DNA of 62,365 nt, filler included, from Collodictyon triciliatum (GCA_043381765.1; 5 parts of 5 records of this genome joined end to end with filler, not necessarily neighbours in it); one strand, 5' to 3'. Positions 1 through 14,383 are shown, counted from the whole stretch's first letter. Notes: generated by a model from the letters alone, not told the origin. Program-made: numbers and translations.

Positions 1-57
<57 letters not shown>

Positions 58-78
58 ACAAGGGGGGGGGGGGGGGGA
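1..78. repeat. Poly(A) run followed by poly(G) run at the window start
   Basis: About 55 A, then ggacaa, then about 16 G, read directly. Confidence 0.9.
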
Positions 79-1383
79 GGGGACGTAAAAATCACCCAAT
101 CTAAAAAGACCTCAGTTCAAAAGTGTGTCGCAAAAATCCAAACTAAAAGTTGCTTTATGCCTATGGATTGGCTATATGATACTAACATCTCATTTATAAG
201 CTAATTTTACTGTATCATGTGTTGCTAGCTGACTTCTTTTTGAATCCCGAATAAATAGTAAAGTCACTCCAAAGGAGAGAGGAGGCTTTCCAGAGAGGTG
301 AGTACTATGCACTGAAGAAAGCATGGGGAGGGATGGAAAAGGGATCTGGCCCAACAGGTGTGAAGCCCAAAGGCGAATGTTTCGAAAAACAGTCTGCAAA
401 CTTCACTTTGCAAGAGGAGTTGGATGAATTAGAGGCCTTTTCACAAAAGTTAGGTTATTGAAATTCTGGTGGCCCATCAGGCTATATGCTCAGGCTGAAG
501 CTTTGGTAGGCCGCTCCCTAGACTTTTCTTTTCAAAAGCAAAACAAAACAACAAAGAACACTTTCAATTCTTTTATGTGCAGCACTCTCATTCCCGTGTA
601 CTCGTACCCGACACTATTAATAAAATCAAATCGCATCTGCGAGTATGAAAAAAAAAAAAAAGAAATTTAAAGGTATATTTCCAACGATTTTTCAAGTGCA
701 TATGCACCCTTTCTTTCCCTGTTAGCCAATCATCCAGTCAGGATAGAGTCTGAGCGATTGGGTACCATCTCACTCCTCTAGTTGGAAAAGGAGTCAAGGT
801 TCTGCTTTACTGAGGCAAACTAGTCTCTACCTCCTCATCATTTAATCAAAGTTAGGGAGGCATCCGTTTGTAGACTCCAGCCTATCATCTGGTGGTGGTA
901 CACCGCTCTATCTACACGACTGCCGCACCCTTCCCTCACAGAAAGTCGGGTTGTGTCGCTGCATCAAAAGGATGACATAAGCCTTTTCAGTGAGCTCAGC
1001 AACAGAAAAGAAGGCAGCCCACTAGGTTAACAACCACGCCAGATAACGCAGGGTTCTCTCCGACACTATGCAGCATTTCTCTGCAGGGGGCCTACACTCG
1101 CTCTGCCCATACGCGGTTGCGAACAAGAACCCAGCAAGGAATAAAGATTTCAGATGTTGTTTGTTTAATACATACCCCCTTTATTCGATTCAAAGTGCAG
1201 CGAGGGTACGCTCGTGAATATAAAAAACATCATGAGGAAAGAAGGGGAAAATAAAAAGGAAAAGGAGAGAGAAGGGAAATAATAATGAAAGCAGCATATG
1301 CCATGAAGAATGAACCACAAACGGAGGATGGATTCGGGCATGAAAGATGAAAGACGGTTTTTTTCGGGAGTCTATGTGTTGGG

Positions 1384-3291
<1,908 letters not shown>

Positions 3292-3680
3292 GTCTTCTTC
3301 ACCAGCCCCGCGCGCTGGGTTGGACTTGCGGAGTTGCCTGCGTGGGTTATTTCGGTGAGTTGGAGTGTCTCTCTCATGAGTGGTTTGGGTTGCTTTAGCG
3401 CTCTGGATTCGGGGGGTTCGGCATGGGAAGCTAAGCGCGTGACCTGGGTACCTAATCCAGGTTGATTAAGAGGTGATGACGCTTTGCGCCTGACTGCTTG
3501 GTGGGTGATGAGGCCATTGCATCTTGCGCACTACCCAGCACGTGTATACGCGTGCTGTGCACTTTGACTTAATTGGGACTAATATGGTAAATTTATAAAT
3601 ATAATATAGGTTATGATAATATATGCATATATAATATTGAAAATGCATTTATAGATAAATATATATGATATATATTATAT

Positions 3681-3844
3681 ACTCCGCAATTATATTGTAA
3701 ATGCGGAAATTATACAGAGTAATGCAAAATGTACTTCAGTAGTCAGAAATTAATTTTTATGCTATAATTATGAATTTATAATTAGTTAAGTATATGGCAA
3801 ATAACAAAATTTGATGAGTCATCACTTCCTTTCGCGGAAATTTT
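3681..3844. promoter_or_regulatory. Candidate bidirectional promoter elements between ZIP(-) and ARF(+)
   Basis: ATGCGGAAATTATA at 3701-3714 (identical copy at 13396-13409), quasi-palindrome TGATGAGTCATCA at 3812-3824 and GCGGAAATTTT at 3834-3844, in or beside an AT-rich core. Function is inferred. Confidence 0.4.
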
Positions 3845-4128
3845 GTTTGCGCCATGTTCCGTCAGCCTTTTCGAGGAAAAAGTGTGCTGGCTCACCCGTT
3901 CAAATGCAGCTGCGAACAGCGGTTGTGAGCCAATGCTGTCCAGCTTTTAATTGTTGGGTACCACATAACCAAGTAGTTGCATAAGTCTAGAAGGGAATAT
4001 ACAAATCGCGTTGCATGAAAGTCTCACTCCGTCATTTGCTCTTCGTTGTCCACCAATAGCGAATAAGACTAAAATCATTAGAAAAGTTCCTTCGCTGGTC
4101 GAGACGCAAACGATAAAATTTTGTGGAG

Positions 4129-5462
4129 ATGGGGAGCTTTTACTCGCAAATGGCAAAGATATTTTACCTGGGCCAAAAGGATTGTAGGATTCTCATTCTT
4201 GGTAAGTGGTCGGATTTATTACAGTGGGATAATACATTTCGTAGCCTCGAATCGCATCGACTCTCTCTTTCTCTTTCTTTTATTTTTGCAATTACAAAGT
4301 GTTGGGCAAGGGATTGTATATTCGAGGTGCCTTACAGGTTTGACAACATTCAGGGTTGGACGGCTCGGGAAAGACGACAATACTATACAACTTAAAGATG
4401 GGCGAAAAAGTAGACACCATCCCAACAATTGGTATGTTGACTTTAATTTTATCTTCAACTTATTGAATCGAATAAAAGAAAAAAAATATTTCTTCACAGA
4501 GCACCAAAAATTCTGTCCGTGTGTAATAGAGATAGCTTGATTGGGAGTGAAAACATCGCACTAAAAATAAGTTTGACATATGTAGGTTTTAATGTAGAAT
4601 CTCTGGAATACAAGAAGCTCAGGTGAGAGACAATTCTTGATTTTTCTTTATAGTGACCAAAAAGAATCAATAAAACAAATATGTGGTTGAACTTGGTAAG
4701 TTGGTTCTCATTACGACCAAACAGTTTCATCGTATGGGATGTTGGAGGACAAGACCGGATTCGGTCTTTGTGGAAGCACTATTACGAAGGAACACACGGA
4801 CTAATATTTGTGGTGGACTCACAAGATGAGCAAAGACTTTCGGAAGCTAAGGTTTTCAAGAATATAATGAAACATGACCCTTCGATACGTGCGATGAGAA
4901 TAAAAAGAACATATTTCATTGAGGGATTCGCCCACTAACTATTATTTTTTTTTGTTTATGAAAACTCCAGAAAGAGCTAGAATCCATTCTTGAAAACCAC
5001 GAAATGACTGACGTACCTGTACTTATATTTGCCAACAAACAAGATTTGGATGGTATTTTTTTTTGGTTTATTCTCAATTGTTTGGGTACATGTGCAACTT
5101 TCATTCATTTCGTGCCGTTCAATGCCTTACCAATTTTCAATCTCAAAGGCGCAATTAAAGTCAATCAAATTGCCGAAAGGATGGCGCTGTCTCGTAGATG
5201 CAATAAATGGTAAATTGTTTTCTTATATAGATCTTCCTTTAGTCATTTCTGATTCAATAAAGACAAATATTAAATAAGTACCCCACAATTACCATGCCAT
5301 AAAATCAATTTCCTTTTCTTTTGTGTCTTAAACATAGATTCAGCAGTTTATAATAATTATTATGGTGTCAGGTTTGTGCAACCTTCGTGTGCTTCTAGCG
5401 GACAAGGTCTTTATGAGGGTCTTGATTGGCTCGCAGAAAAAATCATCGCCAAGGGCTATTGA
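4129..5462 (+). CDS. ARF: ADP-ribosylation factor family GTPase, Arf6-like, 7 exons
   Basis: MGSFYS myristoylation motif; spliced GLDGSGKTT (G1), TIPTIGFNVE (switch I), WDVGGQ (G3), FANKQD (G4) and [24 protein letters not shown] at 5460-5462. Confidence 0.95.
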
Positions 5463-5891
5463 CACCATTATCATGGAAACAACAACAAAAACAGCACCGA
5501 TTTTGGGTCCACTATATAGTCTTCACAATATCTTTTCCTAAGTGAAAGAAAAGGAAAAGAAAAAAAAGTTCCTTGCACATATACGACTATCATTCCATCC
5601 TAGTTAGGTACTTTCCTGAATAAAGAAACAAAATATACACAGACTGGATATACATAGCTGTGATATTATATACTATAATAAATGCACATATCTCATTATT
5701 TTCGCTGTAATTCTTTGACAGAACTTAGTATCAGTGGATCCATAATTAACACAAGCGAATAAATCTGGCCTTTTTATTCATTTTTATTTTATTGGACTGG
5801 TGGATGAAAAGGTAAAGAAGAAAATAAACTCAATAACGCTACTTACGCGTGGCACCCTCAAATTTCTTCTCCTCTTGCCTCCTAGAAGCCA

Positions 5892-8800
5892 TCACGGATC
5901 AGTTCGATTGGTTGTTGCAAAGTGCTGAAGAGAAAGAGTATCGTTGGCGTCTGCAAGAGCCACTCTCCATCTGATACCTGACTCAATATGCCCAGCATGA
6001 CAAGGAATTGTACCATCAAGAGTTATCAAAAATCTTTGGGCGTCTTGGTTACCATTGGAAGCAGCCATTCGAGCCCAATGAATAGCAATCGCCTGATTTG
6101 AAGGAACACCATTCCCATTGAAATGACAGAGCGCAACCCAGTATTGTGCCGTTGAGTTTCCTCTCTTCGCAGATGACTCAAACCAAAAATATGCCTTCTC
6201 ATAATCTCGCGTAACACCATTTCCTTGATAATAGCTTAATCCATAGTATCTTTCTCCTTCAGAGTTCTTTAGCATAGCAGCGCTTCGATACCAGAAAATA
6301 GACTCTTCATAATTGCGAGGAATATTGTGCCCGTTGTAGTATTGGTGCCCGAGTCTGACTTGACTATCTGGATTTCCTTTCTGTGCAGCCATACGATACA
6401 AGCAAACTGCTTCTTGAGTATTTTTTTCTATTCCATGACCATCTTCAAGACAAACAGCCAAGAGGAATGTGGCACTGTAGTTTTTTTTATCAGATGACAT
6501 CTTTGCTAAACGGACAGCTTCTGAATAATTTCGTTCGACACCTTCTCCCAGGAAATATCTGAAGGCAAGTTGACATAAACCCCAATCATTTCCTTGGTCG
6601 GCCGACAGACGATACCATCGAACGGCTTCATTCATGTTGCGAGAAACCCCTTCTCCACGATGATATCTGTCGCCAAGGTAACATTGTGCATAAGCATCCC
6701 CTTGCTCGGCACTGAGTCGATACCATTTTACAGCTTGTTCTTGGTCACGTTCGACGCCCTCCCCATGAAAGTAGCAGTTGGCGAGGTTAGATTGCGCAGA
6801 TGCATCACCAAGATTAGCAGCCTCTCGATAGAGTTGGAACGCTTGTTTCAAATTTTTTGCCACGCCAGTTCCATTGTAATAGCAGTTCCCTAAACTTCTG
6901 ATTCCAAACGCATTTGATTGCTGTGCTGATTTGGTATACCAATAGACTGCCTTCTTTGGATCTTTTCGAACACCTGAGCCATTATCGTAGCAGTTGCCTA
7001 AGTTGCTCTGAGCAATCGCATATCCTTGCCCAGCTGATAAAATATAACATTTCGTCGATTCTTTTAGATTCTTCTCTGTACCTAATCCATAATAATAGCA
7101 AAATCCTAAGTTGCACTGTGCACCTGCATCCCCAAGCTTACTGGCCTCCATATAAATAGGAATGGCATCCTTTGGGCATTTTTTTCCAACATCTAAAATA
7201 AAGGCTAGCGTGGTCAAGGCTGCAGAACGTTGTTGGGGGGTCATATGGATACATACAAGCTTCCATCTTAAGTAATTCTCTGATAGAGTCAAGCTCTCCA
7301 TACTCGAATTCTCAATTTGTTTCAGCAGCTTATTGATGGGGTCAAAGTTGGATGGCTTCTCAACTAAGGTAGGGTTGTAAGTCAAACAACGACGATATCC
7401 GACCATGGCTGCAGGAGTATTTGGATACGATGCTAGAATATCTTTGTATTTGTAAGATGCTCCTTCAAAATCTTTCTCCTTCATCATAAAGTCAGCCTCG
7501 ATACAAAGGAGGAAAGGGCGCAACTCAGCTTTGATTTTTTCCAAATCTGCAATAGCTGTGGATGAAGGAAAAATTAATGGATTCAAGTTGAAATTCCCAT
7601 GAGTGAGGCTAGTGGACTGACAAATCTTTGGGCTGATGTACGAAATTAGGTTTTGTGAGGCGTCAATACTCTCCAAAGAAGGAATAATCCACAAAAAATC
7701 AGGGAGATATGTTATGCTATTATTTGAGATATTCAGTTTCTTCAGTTGTACGAAGCTAGACCAAGGTAAGTAAAGAAATGCCAAATTTTTGTTAGAGAGT
7801 GTAAGATAAATATGAGCCTCACTGTTATCCATAGAGACATCTGGGTGGTAATGATCACTTGAATCGACCTCCTTTGTACAAACGTTTGACGCCTTCAATT
7901 TTGACTTTATGTATAAAGCAACTTGTTTGCTGAAATGAACAGAGTCTGTACTGTACTCCATCAAATGCAACCAGATATGAGGGAATATTGGATTGTCATG
8001 TATCAAAACGTACTCTAGACTTTCCAGCAAGGACAAAACCGAAGGAATTTTGGAGAATTTATTATGGGCCAAATTTATGGTCTTTAAATTTCTCATCAAT
8101 CGTATGGTTGTTGGCAGGGTCTCGAGGTAATTGAGGGATACATCCAAGAAAACAATCGAGTCACATGCATGAATATTTGCAGAAAATTGTCGCAAAGCAT
8201 AATTTTTTAGAACTAAAGAAGAAAGTGATTTTTGTATGGCTTCCGTACAGACAGATTGCACAACACTGTTGATTCTTTCTACGAACTGAGACTGTGTGGT
8301 CTCCTTAAACTCCCTCCAGCCGGTTACCCAAACAAAATTACTCATCGATTCTTGACTACTAGAAGATGACATTGTTGATGATGGTGAGGATGCTGAATAA
8401 TCTTCTTTCTCTTGGGAGCCTTCTTGTGAGAGGGATGTGCTTCTTTGAACGTTTTCAAGCATGGAATCTTTCAGTACTTGGATTTCAGCTCGAAAGTTTT
8501 CTGTCGTCATAGGAGGAGACGAGGACGAGGAAGAATTAGGCGAAGATGCCGAAGCAGGTGACGAATTAAGCCATTCATAGAATCTCTCGGCAGTAAAAAG
8601 TCCTCTATCCCCATCGTTCAATGCGCTAATCCATCCGCACTCTATGTTCTCGGACCATAAACCAAATAAAAGTCCAATATCTTCTAGGCTTGGGTAGTGG
8701 TGCTGGGCATTGTGACACATACTGGAAAGCTCGTGTATCCATCCAATCATTGAACGCTTGGTTGTATGTTTTGGATCAAAAAACACCAGACTCGAAGAAG

Positions 8801-9137
8801 GTGTGGCAGGTAGATACTCAAACACGTAGGGCGCCCAATGAGAACTTTTGAGTAATGTTCTTCCTTGCTGATCACGAATAGTCTGAGAGGGACGCAATGC
8901 TTTCTGCAGCAAGTTTTGAAGGTACACAACTGAGCTGTGGATCAGGTCGATCTCGAGGCATTCGCGCGACTCCTCGGCTATTGGAAGAAATGAAGGGGCT
9001 GTACTGTCGGTGGGATCGAGAACCTCCTGCCGAAGGGCTTGGTGTTTGATTTTGTTTGATCCGTTCGCCACAAGGCGGAGAAGGATGCAATCAAGTAGGC
9101 TCATAAGCCTCTGGGCGTCCAGTGAAAAGTGATTCAT
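5892..9137 (-). CDS. Intronless 1081-aa protein: unknown N-terminus, two LRR blocks, a TPR-like unit and about 10-11 Sel1-like repeats
   Basis: LRR units (LDVSLNYLETLP, INLAHNKFSKIP, LNISNNSITYLP, IDASQNLISYIS). 36-aa Sel1 repeats, e.g. AQSNLANCYFHGEGVERDQEQAVKWYRLSAEQGD. One uninterrupted ORF. Confidence 0.9.
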   Translation of the reverse strand: MNHFSLDAQRLMSLLDCILLRLVANGSNKIKHQALRQEVLDPTDSTAPSFLPIAEESRECLEIDLIHSSVVYLQNLLQKALRPSQTIRDQQGRTLLKSSHWAPYVFEYLPATPSSSLVFFDPKHTTKRSMIGWIHELSSMCHNAQHHYPSLEDIGLLFGLWSENIECGWISALNDGDRGLFTAERFYEWLNSSPASASSPNSSSSSSPPMTTENFRAEIQVLKDSMLENVQRSTSLSQEGSQEKEDYSASSPSSTMSSSSSQESMSNFVWVTGWREFKETTQSQFVERINSVVQSVCTEAIQKSLSSLVLKNYALRQFSANIHACDSIVFLDVSLNYLETLPTTIRLMRNLKTINLAHNKFSKIPSVLSLLESLEYVLIHDNPIFPHIWLHLMEYSTDSVHFSKQVALYIKSKLKASNVCTKEVDSSDHYHPDVSMDNSEAHIYLTLSNKNLAFLYLPWSSFVQLKKLNISNNSITYLPDFLWIIPSLESIDASQNLISYISPKICQSTSLTHGNFNLNPLIFPSSTAIADLEKIKAELRPFLLCIEADFMMKEKDFEGASYKYKDILASYPNTPAAMVGYRRCLTYNPTLVEKPSNFDPINKLLKQIENSSMESLTLSENYLRWKLVCIHMTPQQRSAALTTLAFILDVGKKCPKDAIPIYMEASKLGDAGAQCNLGFCYYYGLGTEKNLKESTKCYILSAGQGYAIAQSNLGNCYDNGSGVRKDPKKAVYWYTKSAQQSNAFGIRSLGNCYYNGTGVAKNLKQAFQLYREAANLGDASAQSNLANCYFHGEGVERDQEQAVKWYRLSAEQGDAYAQCYLGDRYHRGEGVSRNMNEAVRWYRLSADQGNDWGLCQLAFRYFLGEGVERNYSEAVRLAKMSSDKKNYSATFLLAVCLEDGHGIEKNTQEAVCLYRMAAQKGNPDSQVRLGHQYYNGHNIPRNYEESIFWYRSAAMLKNSEGERYYGLSYYQGNGVTRDYEKAYFWFESSAKRGNSTAQYWVALCHFNGNGVPSNQAIAIHWARMAASNGNQDAQRFLITLDGTIPCHAGHIESGIRWRVALADANDTLSLQHFATTNRTDP

Positions 9138-9918
9138 GTTTCACAGGCCCAATACCTTTCTCTCTTTCTTTCCTGCCTGTCGGCTCGTTTTCTCACACTG
9201 CAAGTGGATACAGGCGATCGCGTTTGTCTGGCGAATACTTTGCCCTAGAGTGGCGTGCCTACAGTACTTTCTTCAGTTTTAGAAGAGGCATATGCGGCGT
9301 GTAAGTTGAATAAAGATGAGGAAAAATCAAGGTTACTCTCTTATTGAGAAAAAAAAAAAAAACAGAGGATTAAAAAGAAAAGAATATGAAGAGAATGAAG
9401 AAACATAGAGAAAGTCAACAGCTTATGCTTTAGAATAAAATATATATATTAGAAAGGTGCAGGAAAATAGGAGGTCTTAAAGTTGTAGGCAGGTATGCAC
9501 GATAGCTATATTTGATTGATCAAACGAACGCCGCTCACATCACATCCAAATCATGCCCAAACAGGGATTTTGTTTATCGACATCGAGCGTCCAAAACTGA
9601 GGTTCGAGGTGGCAGGTATCGGGTGTTGGACGTGCAAGTCTAATTAGAGACTGGTTGGTTGTGTCAAAGGTGTCAATCGCACATCTATTTTCGAATCTAC
9701 CAGTGCCGTCGAGATTCATCCGTACGCGAGACAAGGAGAGACAAGAAAAGAATTTTGGTGTGGAAAGCCTTGCGCGTTATGGGCGCCCTTTTTAAGCAGA
9801 GCATACAAAGTTGACCGCATTATGCTCCCATATCAATGGGCTGCAGCTATTTTTACATATACTTCCTTTGGGCATATCTGTATGGTATTTATCATGATGA
9901 CGATTCTCTCCCTGTCCT

Positions 9919-12900
9919 TCATTCATCCTCGTCCTCCTCGTCAGGATTTCCTGCGAGATTGAAGCTGCGTTCAATAGCTTTGGCCCAGCCAGAAAGAGCC
10001 TTGCTTCGAGCTTTCTGTTTTGCGGCGATGAGGGAGTAAGAGTATGAAATAAAATAAAACAACCTAAAGACCGAGTACGAACCTCGGTAATATTTGAGTT
10101 GTAAGTTTTGATGCGCCCTTCTAGCAGCTCATTAAATGCATCAACGGAAGACCATACACCAGTGGCTAACCCTGCAAAAATTTAAAAGGTGTGCCCCCAA
10201 AATAAGGTTAAAAGACATGAATTTTACTCTTGCTTTTTTCTTCTTTTAAGGAGTATGGCTTTGGTCAGATAATTATGGCTTTTTTTTTTTAGTTTGGCTT
10301 TCGTACCAGCAGCAACGGCTGCACCAAGAGCTGTGGACTCCTTGAATTCAGGTACCACTGAGACATGAGTGTCAATCAGAAAACCAAGGTGCAAAAATAG
10401 ACTGTGGAAATATGACAAATAGCCGATGCGTGAATAAGCCATACCGACAGGGATATCCAGAATATCAGCCTGGATTTGAACCATAATATTACTTGCTGTC
10501 ATTCCTCCGTCAACCTTCAGACGGCGCAAGTCCACCTCAGAGTCCTTTTCCATAGCCTTTACCAACTAAAAGATTGCGTGATATATAAGCCACTGCAGGA
10601 ATAATATGTAAAAATATGCGAAAACGAATTAAGATAGTCACCTCTTTAGTTTGGTAACAGACTGATTCTAGGGTGGCACGAGCAATGTGAGCCTTTGTAG
10701 TGAACTGAGTAATACCAACAATGACCCTATTATTCATCGACCAATTATTATTATTATTATTATTATTATATCATTAGTTTTTAAAATGAAATGAGAATGT
10801 AAAAATTTCATATTTTTATTTTCTTTGAAGAAAAATGCACCCTCTTGCGTCATCCCTCCAATAAGGAGCATATAGACCAGCAAAGGCAGGAACAAAGAAA
10901 ACACCTCCTGTGTCAGACACAGATTCTGCTAATTCGCCTAGAGGAATACCACCAAACATAAGGCTGATGAGAAATGACATTCTCAAATATTTACTGCGTG
11001 TTATAGCTATGCTATTAATAATTTCATTTTGAATAGCTATATAAGATTGGAATAAGGCGGCGAATACATTAGAAAAGCATATAATGATGGTATTCAAAAT
11101 TATACTGATTTCAGATGCTGACCGGATTAATCCCATTCTATCTCGGAGCCACTTAACTGCTTCTCCAGCTATCGCTATCGACCCCTAATATGATTTTAAA
11201 AATTGCAATATGAACCAAATAATAAGAAAAATAAGTGAAATAAAAAACAAAAACACAGGCGATTAAGAAATTCAAATACATGATACACGCCACACCCATA
11301 AGCATCTAGCTTTCAAACCTCCAGTGCATAAACAGCTTTGGCCTCTTTCCCGAGCTGGTACCCCACGGTGGTCAATAAGCCGTGTGTTGACTGTATGATA
11401 GAATGTCCGGTGTTGTAAAGCATGAAACAGCCCGTTCCATAACTTCAGTGAAATTAAGTCGGTTAATGAAATAAAAAAAGAAAAAGAAAACTATATGCGT
11501 GGTCAGATTGGTTTCTCTCTTACGTATTCTTGGCGTCTCCTGGCTCTGTACAGAACTGACCAAGCAAAGCTGCTTGTTGGTCCCCAAGGCACTATAGTGT
11601 CATTAATTATGCGATTTCTTTCTTTATTGATACTACATTAGGAGATATATCAACATCAAAGTTTTAGCTTCTGTAATGAACCACCCTATAAATCTTACCC
11701 CTGCTATAGGAACTCCTTCTAATATATCGCCTTTGAGGTTACCATAAATCTCTGAAGAACTCTTAACATTGGGCAGACAATCAACTGGTATACCAAATTC
11801 GCTGATGCATATAAATTTATATTATATAATAAATATTAACAGGAGATTGCTGTTGTGAGATTGATTGTATTCTTGTATTGTTTCCAAGATTGTTTCGAAA
11901 ACAAAAACTATTCGCTAATCATGATGAGATAAACAGTACAATCTTTACACCTGCAAATATCTCCATCCCATTGCAGCGTCCCAAGATTCAATAGCATGGT
12001 ACGACTTGCGTTTGTAACGTCTGTTACATATACTCCTCCACTTACCCCGCCTGTCAGATGCTACAATAAAACAAAATTAGATCCGCTATCATTCACATAC
12101 GAATCAAAGTGCCGACTCGCAGCGCGGGTCATATTTTACCCAAATGATCCAGCTATCTACTGTCCCAAACATACACGTGCCTTGACTGCACGCAACTTTG
12201 ACCTCTGGCACATGGCCAAGGAGCCACATCATCTTCATAGCACTGAAGTAGGTGGAGATCGGCAATCCGCACTTTTGGCGGAAGTGATCTTTGTTTCCAT
12301 ACTTTTCGGTCAAATCAGCGACGATGTGTCTGGTGCGAGTATCCATCCAGACTAAAAGAGAGACAAAAGAAGAGAAAAAAGAAAAGTTTTTTTTTTTAAA
12401 AAAAAGGTCAAAATAAGAGCTCACAATTATGTAATATAATGGCCATATGAATGGTGGTAATTGTAAACCAACCAATAGCGGGACTCAACGCTTTCCCTGT
12501 GCTGCTATCCCAAGCAATAGTTGTTTCACGTTGGTTGGTGATTCCAATGGACGAAATATTCGATGAGTCAATAATCAATCCGTGGTTCTCTTCAGCCTTG
12601 CGGATGGATTCCTTCATGCAGGCCAATATGTTATGGATGTAGTCGTCCGGATTTTGTTGGCACCACCTTTAAAGATATAAGAAATATGGGTAAGTATCTG
12701 ACTGAGTAAATAAATAAATACAAAATAAAAAAAAGGGGGAAGAATAATCTCACCCTGGATGTGGATTCTCGCTTTCCAGCTCCATTTGATGAAAAGCAAC
12801 AACATGCCCTCTGGAGTCGAAGATGAAAAACCGAGTGGAAGAGGTCCCTGGTAACGTCAATAAATATCAGCAGCGTGTATACTTTCAACTTCCCTTCGGA

Positions 12901-12978
12901 AATGGAACAAGAACAATTTGAACAAAGCCCGTAATTACCTTGGTCGATAGAACCGACAAATGGGAGCTCAAAGCCCAT
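9919..12978 (-). CDS. GK: Glycerol kinase (FGGY family), multi-exon
   Basis: [88 protein letters not shown] and ESTALGAA; last exon ends ...DEEDEDE-TGA at 9919. Confidence 0.96.
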
Positions 12979-13395
12979 TATAAGAAAGCGAGAGCAAGCG
13001 TGTGAAACCTTGATAACTGGTTGGGGTTATAAAGTGCTCCGTGTGTGTTGTTCTTATACATTTTACGGTTCATTTTATTATTTATTTTTTTTTTCATAAA
13101 CTTTGTTGTGTTATATATTCGCTTTGGGATGATCCGAGGACAGAAAATGTTTTTGGTGTTTTGCCTGTAACGTGTTATTTGTTCTTTCTCTGTTCATGTA
13201 GTTTCCATAACTTAAGTCTCAATCACTAGTCCAGTTTTTGACTCTTTGATTCTTTTTTGACTTTTTTTTTTTTTAGCATCGGGCTGCGCACGGGTAATCA
13301 AGCGGAAGCAACACTCCCTGTAACTCGCTTTCTGTTTCTTTTCTGGTGGCTTTGGTATGACGTCCTGCCCGAGTGCAGTGGTGACGTTTTATCAT

Positions 13396-13409
13396 ATGCG
13401 GAAATTATA
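13396..13409. promoter_or_regulatory. Second copy of ATGCGGAAATTATA between glycerol kinase(-) and NCKAP1(+)
   Basis: Exact match to 3701-3714, at the edge of an AT-rich core, with TGACGT half-sites just upstream. Confidence 0.4.
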
Positions 13410-14091
13410 AATTAAGTATCAATTAAATGTTACATAATCGATTTTAACTTTATAAAAATATATAAATTGAATATGGTACAGTAGAGAAATTGTAAAATTA
13501 TACACACCCGCACAAGTTAGAGCCTTTTACTACTTCAGCTATCCCTGTCACAAACAAGGTGTAATTGATTGAATCTTCAGTGAAATTGATCATTTATGGA
13601 TTGTTCTTGGTTATTGCTGCTTGCTTCCACAATCATTGAATTTCCATGCGGATGGCATTCCGTTTCTTGAAGCTTTGGTTGCGCTGTTTCTCGAGGGGAT
13701 TGGCCAAGGCGTTTGTCACGATGGGCGGGACAGACGGGCAGGTCGGCCTGACAGTGAGCCGTAAACATCGAAACGAATAAGGACGCGTTGGATATTTGAC
13801 GAAGTGATAATGATAATCTTTGGCACAAACAGACAGACAAATAGACAGAGAGAGACAGATAGTGGCGTGATCTTGGTGGCTGCGCTGTCTCTTTGTCCTC
13901 TTCTATTCGCAGTTATCCTGTTTCTCTCTTTTTCTTTTCTTTTCGTTTTTGATCGATTGCTTCTATCTACTTGGCCCACTAACAAAGGGTGACTGCACGA
14001 TCATTTTAATTTTCTTTTTCAGACAAAAAAACAGGTGATCGCGTTAGAAGATCTGTTTACAGTGTTTTACAAATTGATAAACTTCAGGCGC

Positions 14092-14120
14092 TTTTTTTTT
14101 TTTTTTTTTTTTTTTAAAGA

Positions 14121-14199
<79 letters not shown>
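14092..14199. repeat. Interrupted poly(T) tract upstream of NCKAP1
   Basis: Homopolymer tract read directly. Confidence 0.9.
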
Positions 14200-14200
<1 letters not shown>

Positions 14201-14383
14201 GAAAATACCCCAGCTTCTTCAAAGGACATTCTTTGCTAGTTCTCTCTGGAATAGAGTATTTCTGGTTCCTGCTTCCAGTACTTTGCTTCCCATTCTTCTC
14301 GATTCTTTCCCCCGCCAAGAAGTCTTTTTAAACACCTCAATCATGCAGACACTAAACAAGAGTAGCAAAGACTAGACTCGAAC

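Noticed and set aside
80..1200. Possible decayed LINE 3' end or ncRNA at the window start
   Set aside because: Only a vague Cys pattern appears across shifting frames, the homopolymer is in the wrong orientation for a minus-strand poly(A) tail, and no RNA consensus is recognisable.
14035..14331. Poly-F, poly-K and similar low-complexity ORFs here and elsewhere, and X-filled ORFs
   Set aside because: They are translations of microsatellites or N gaps.
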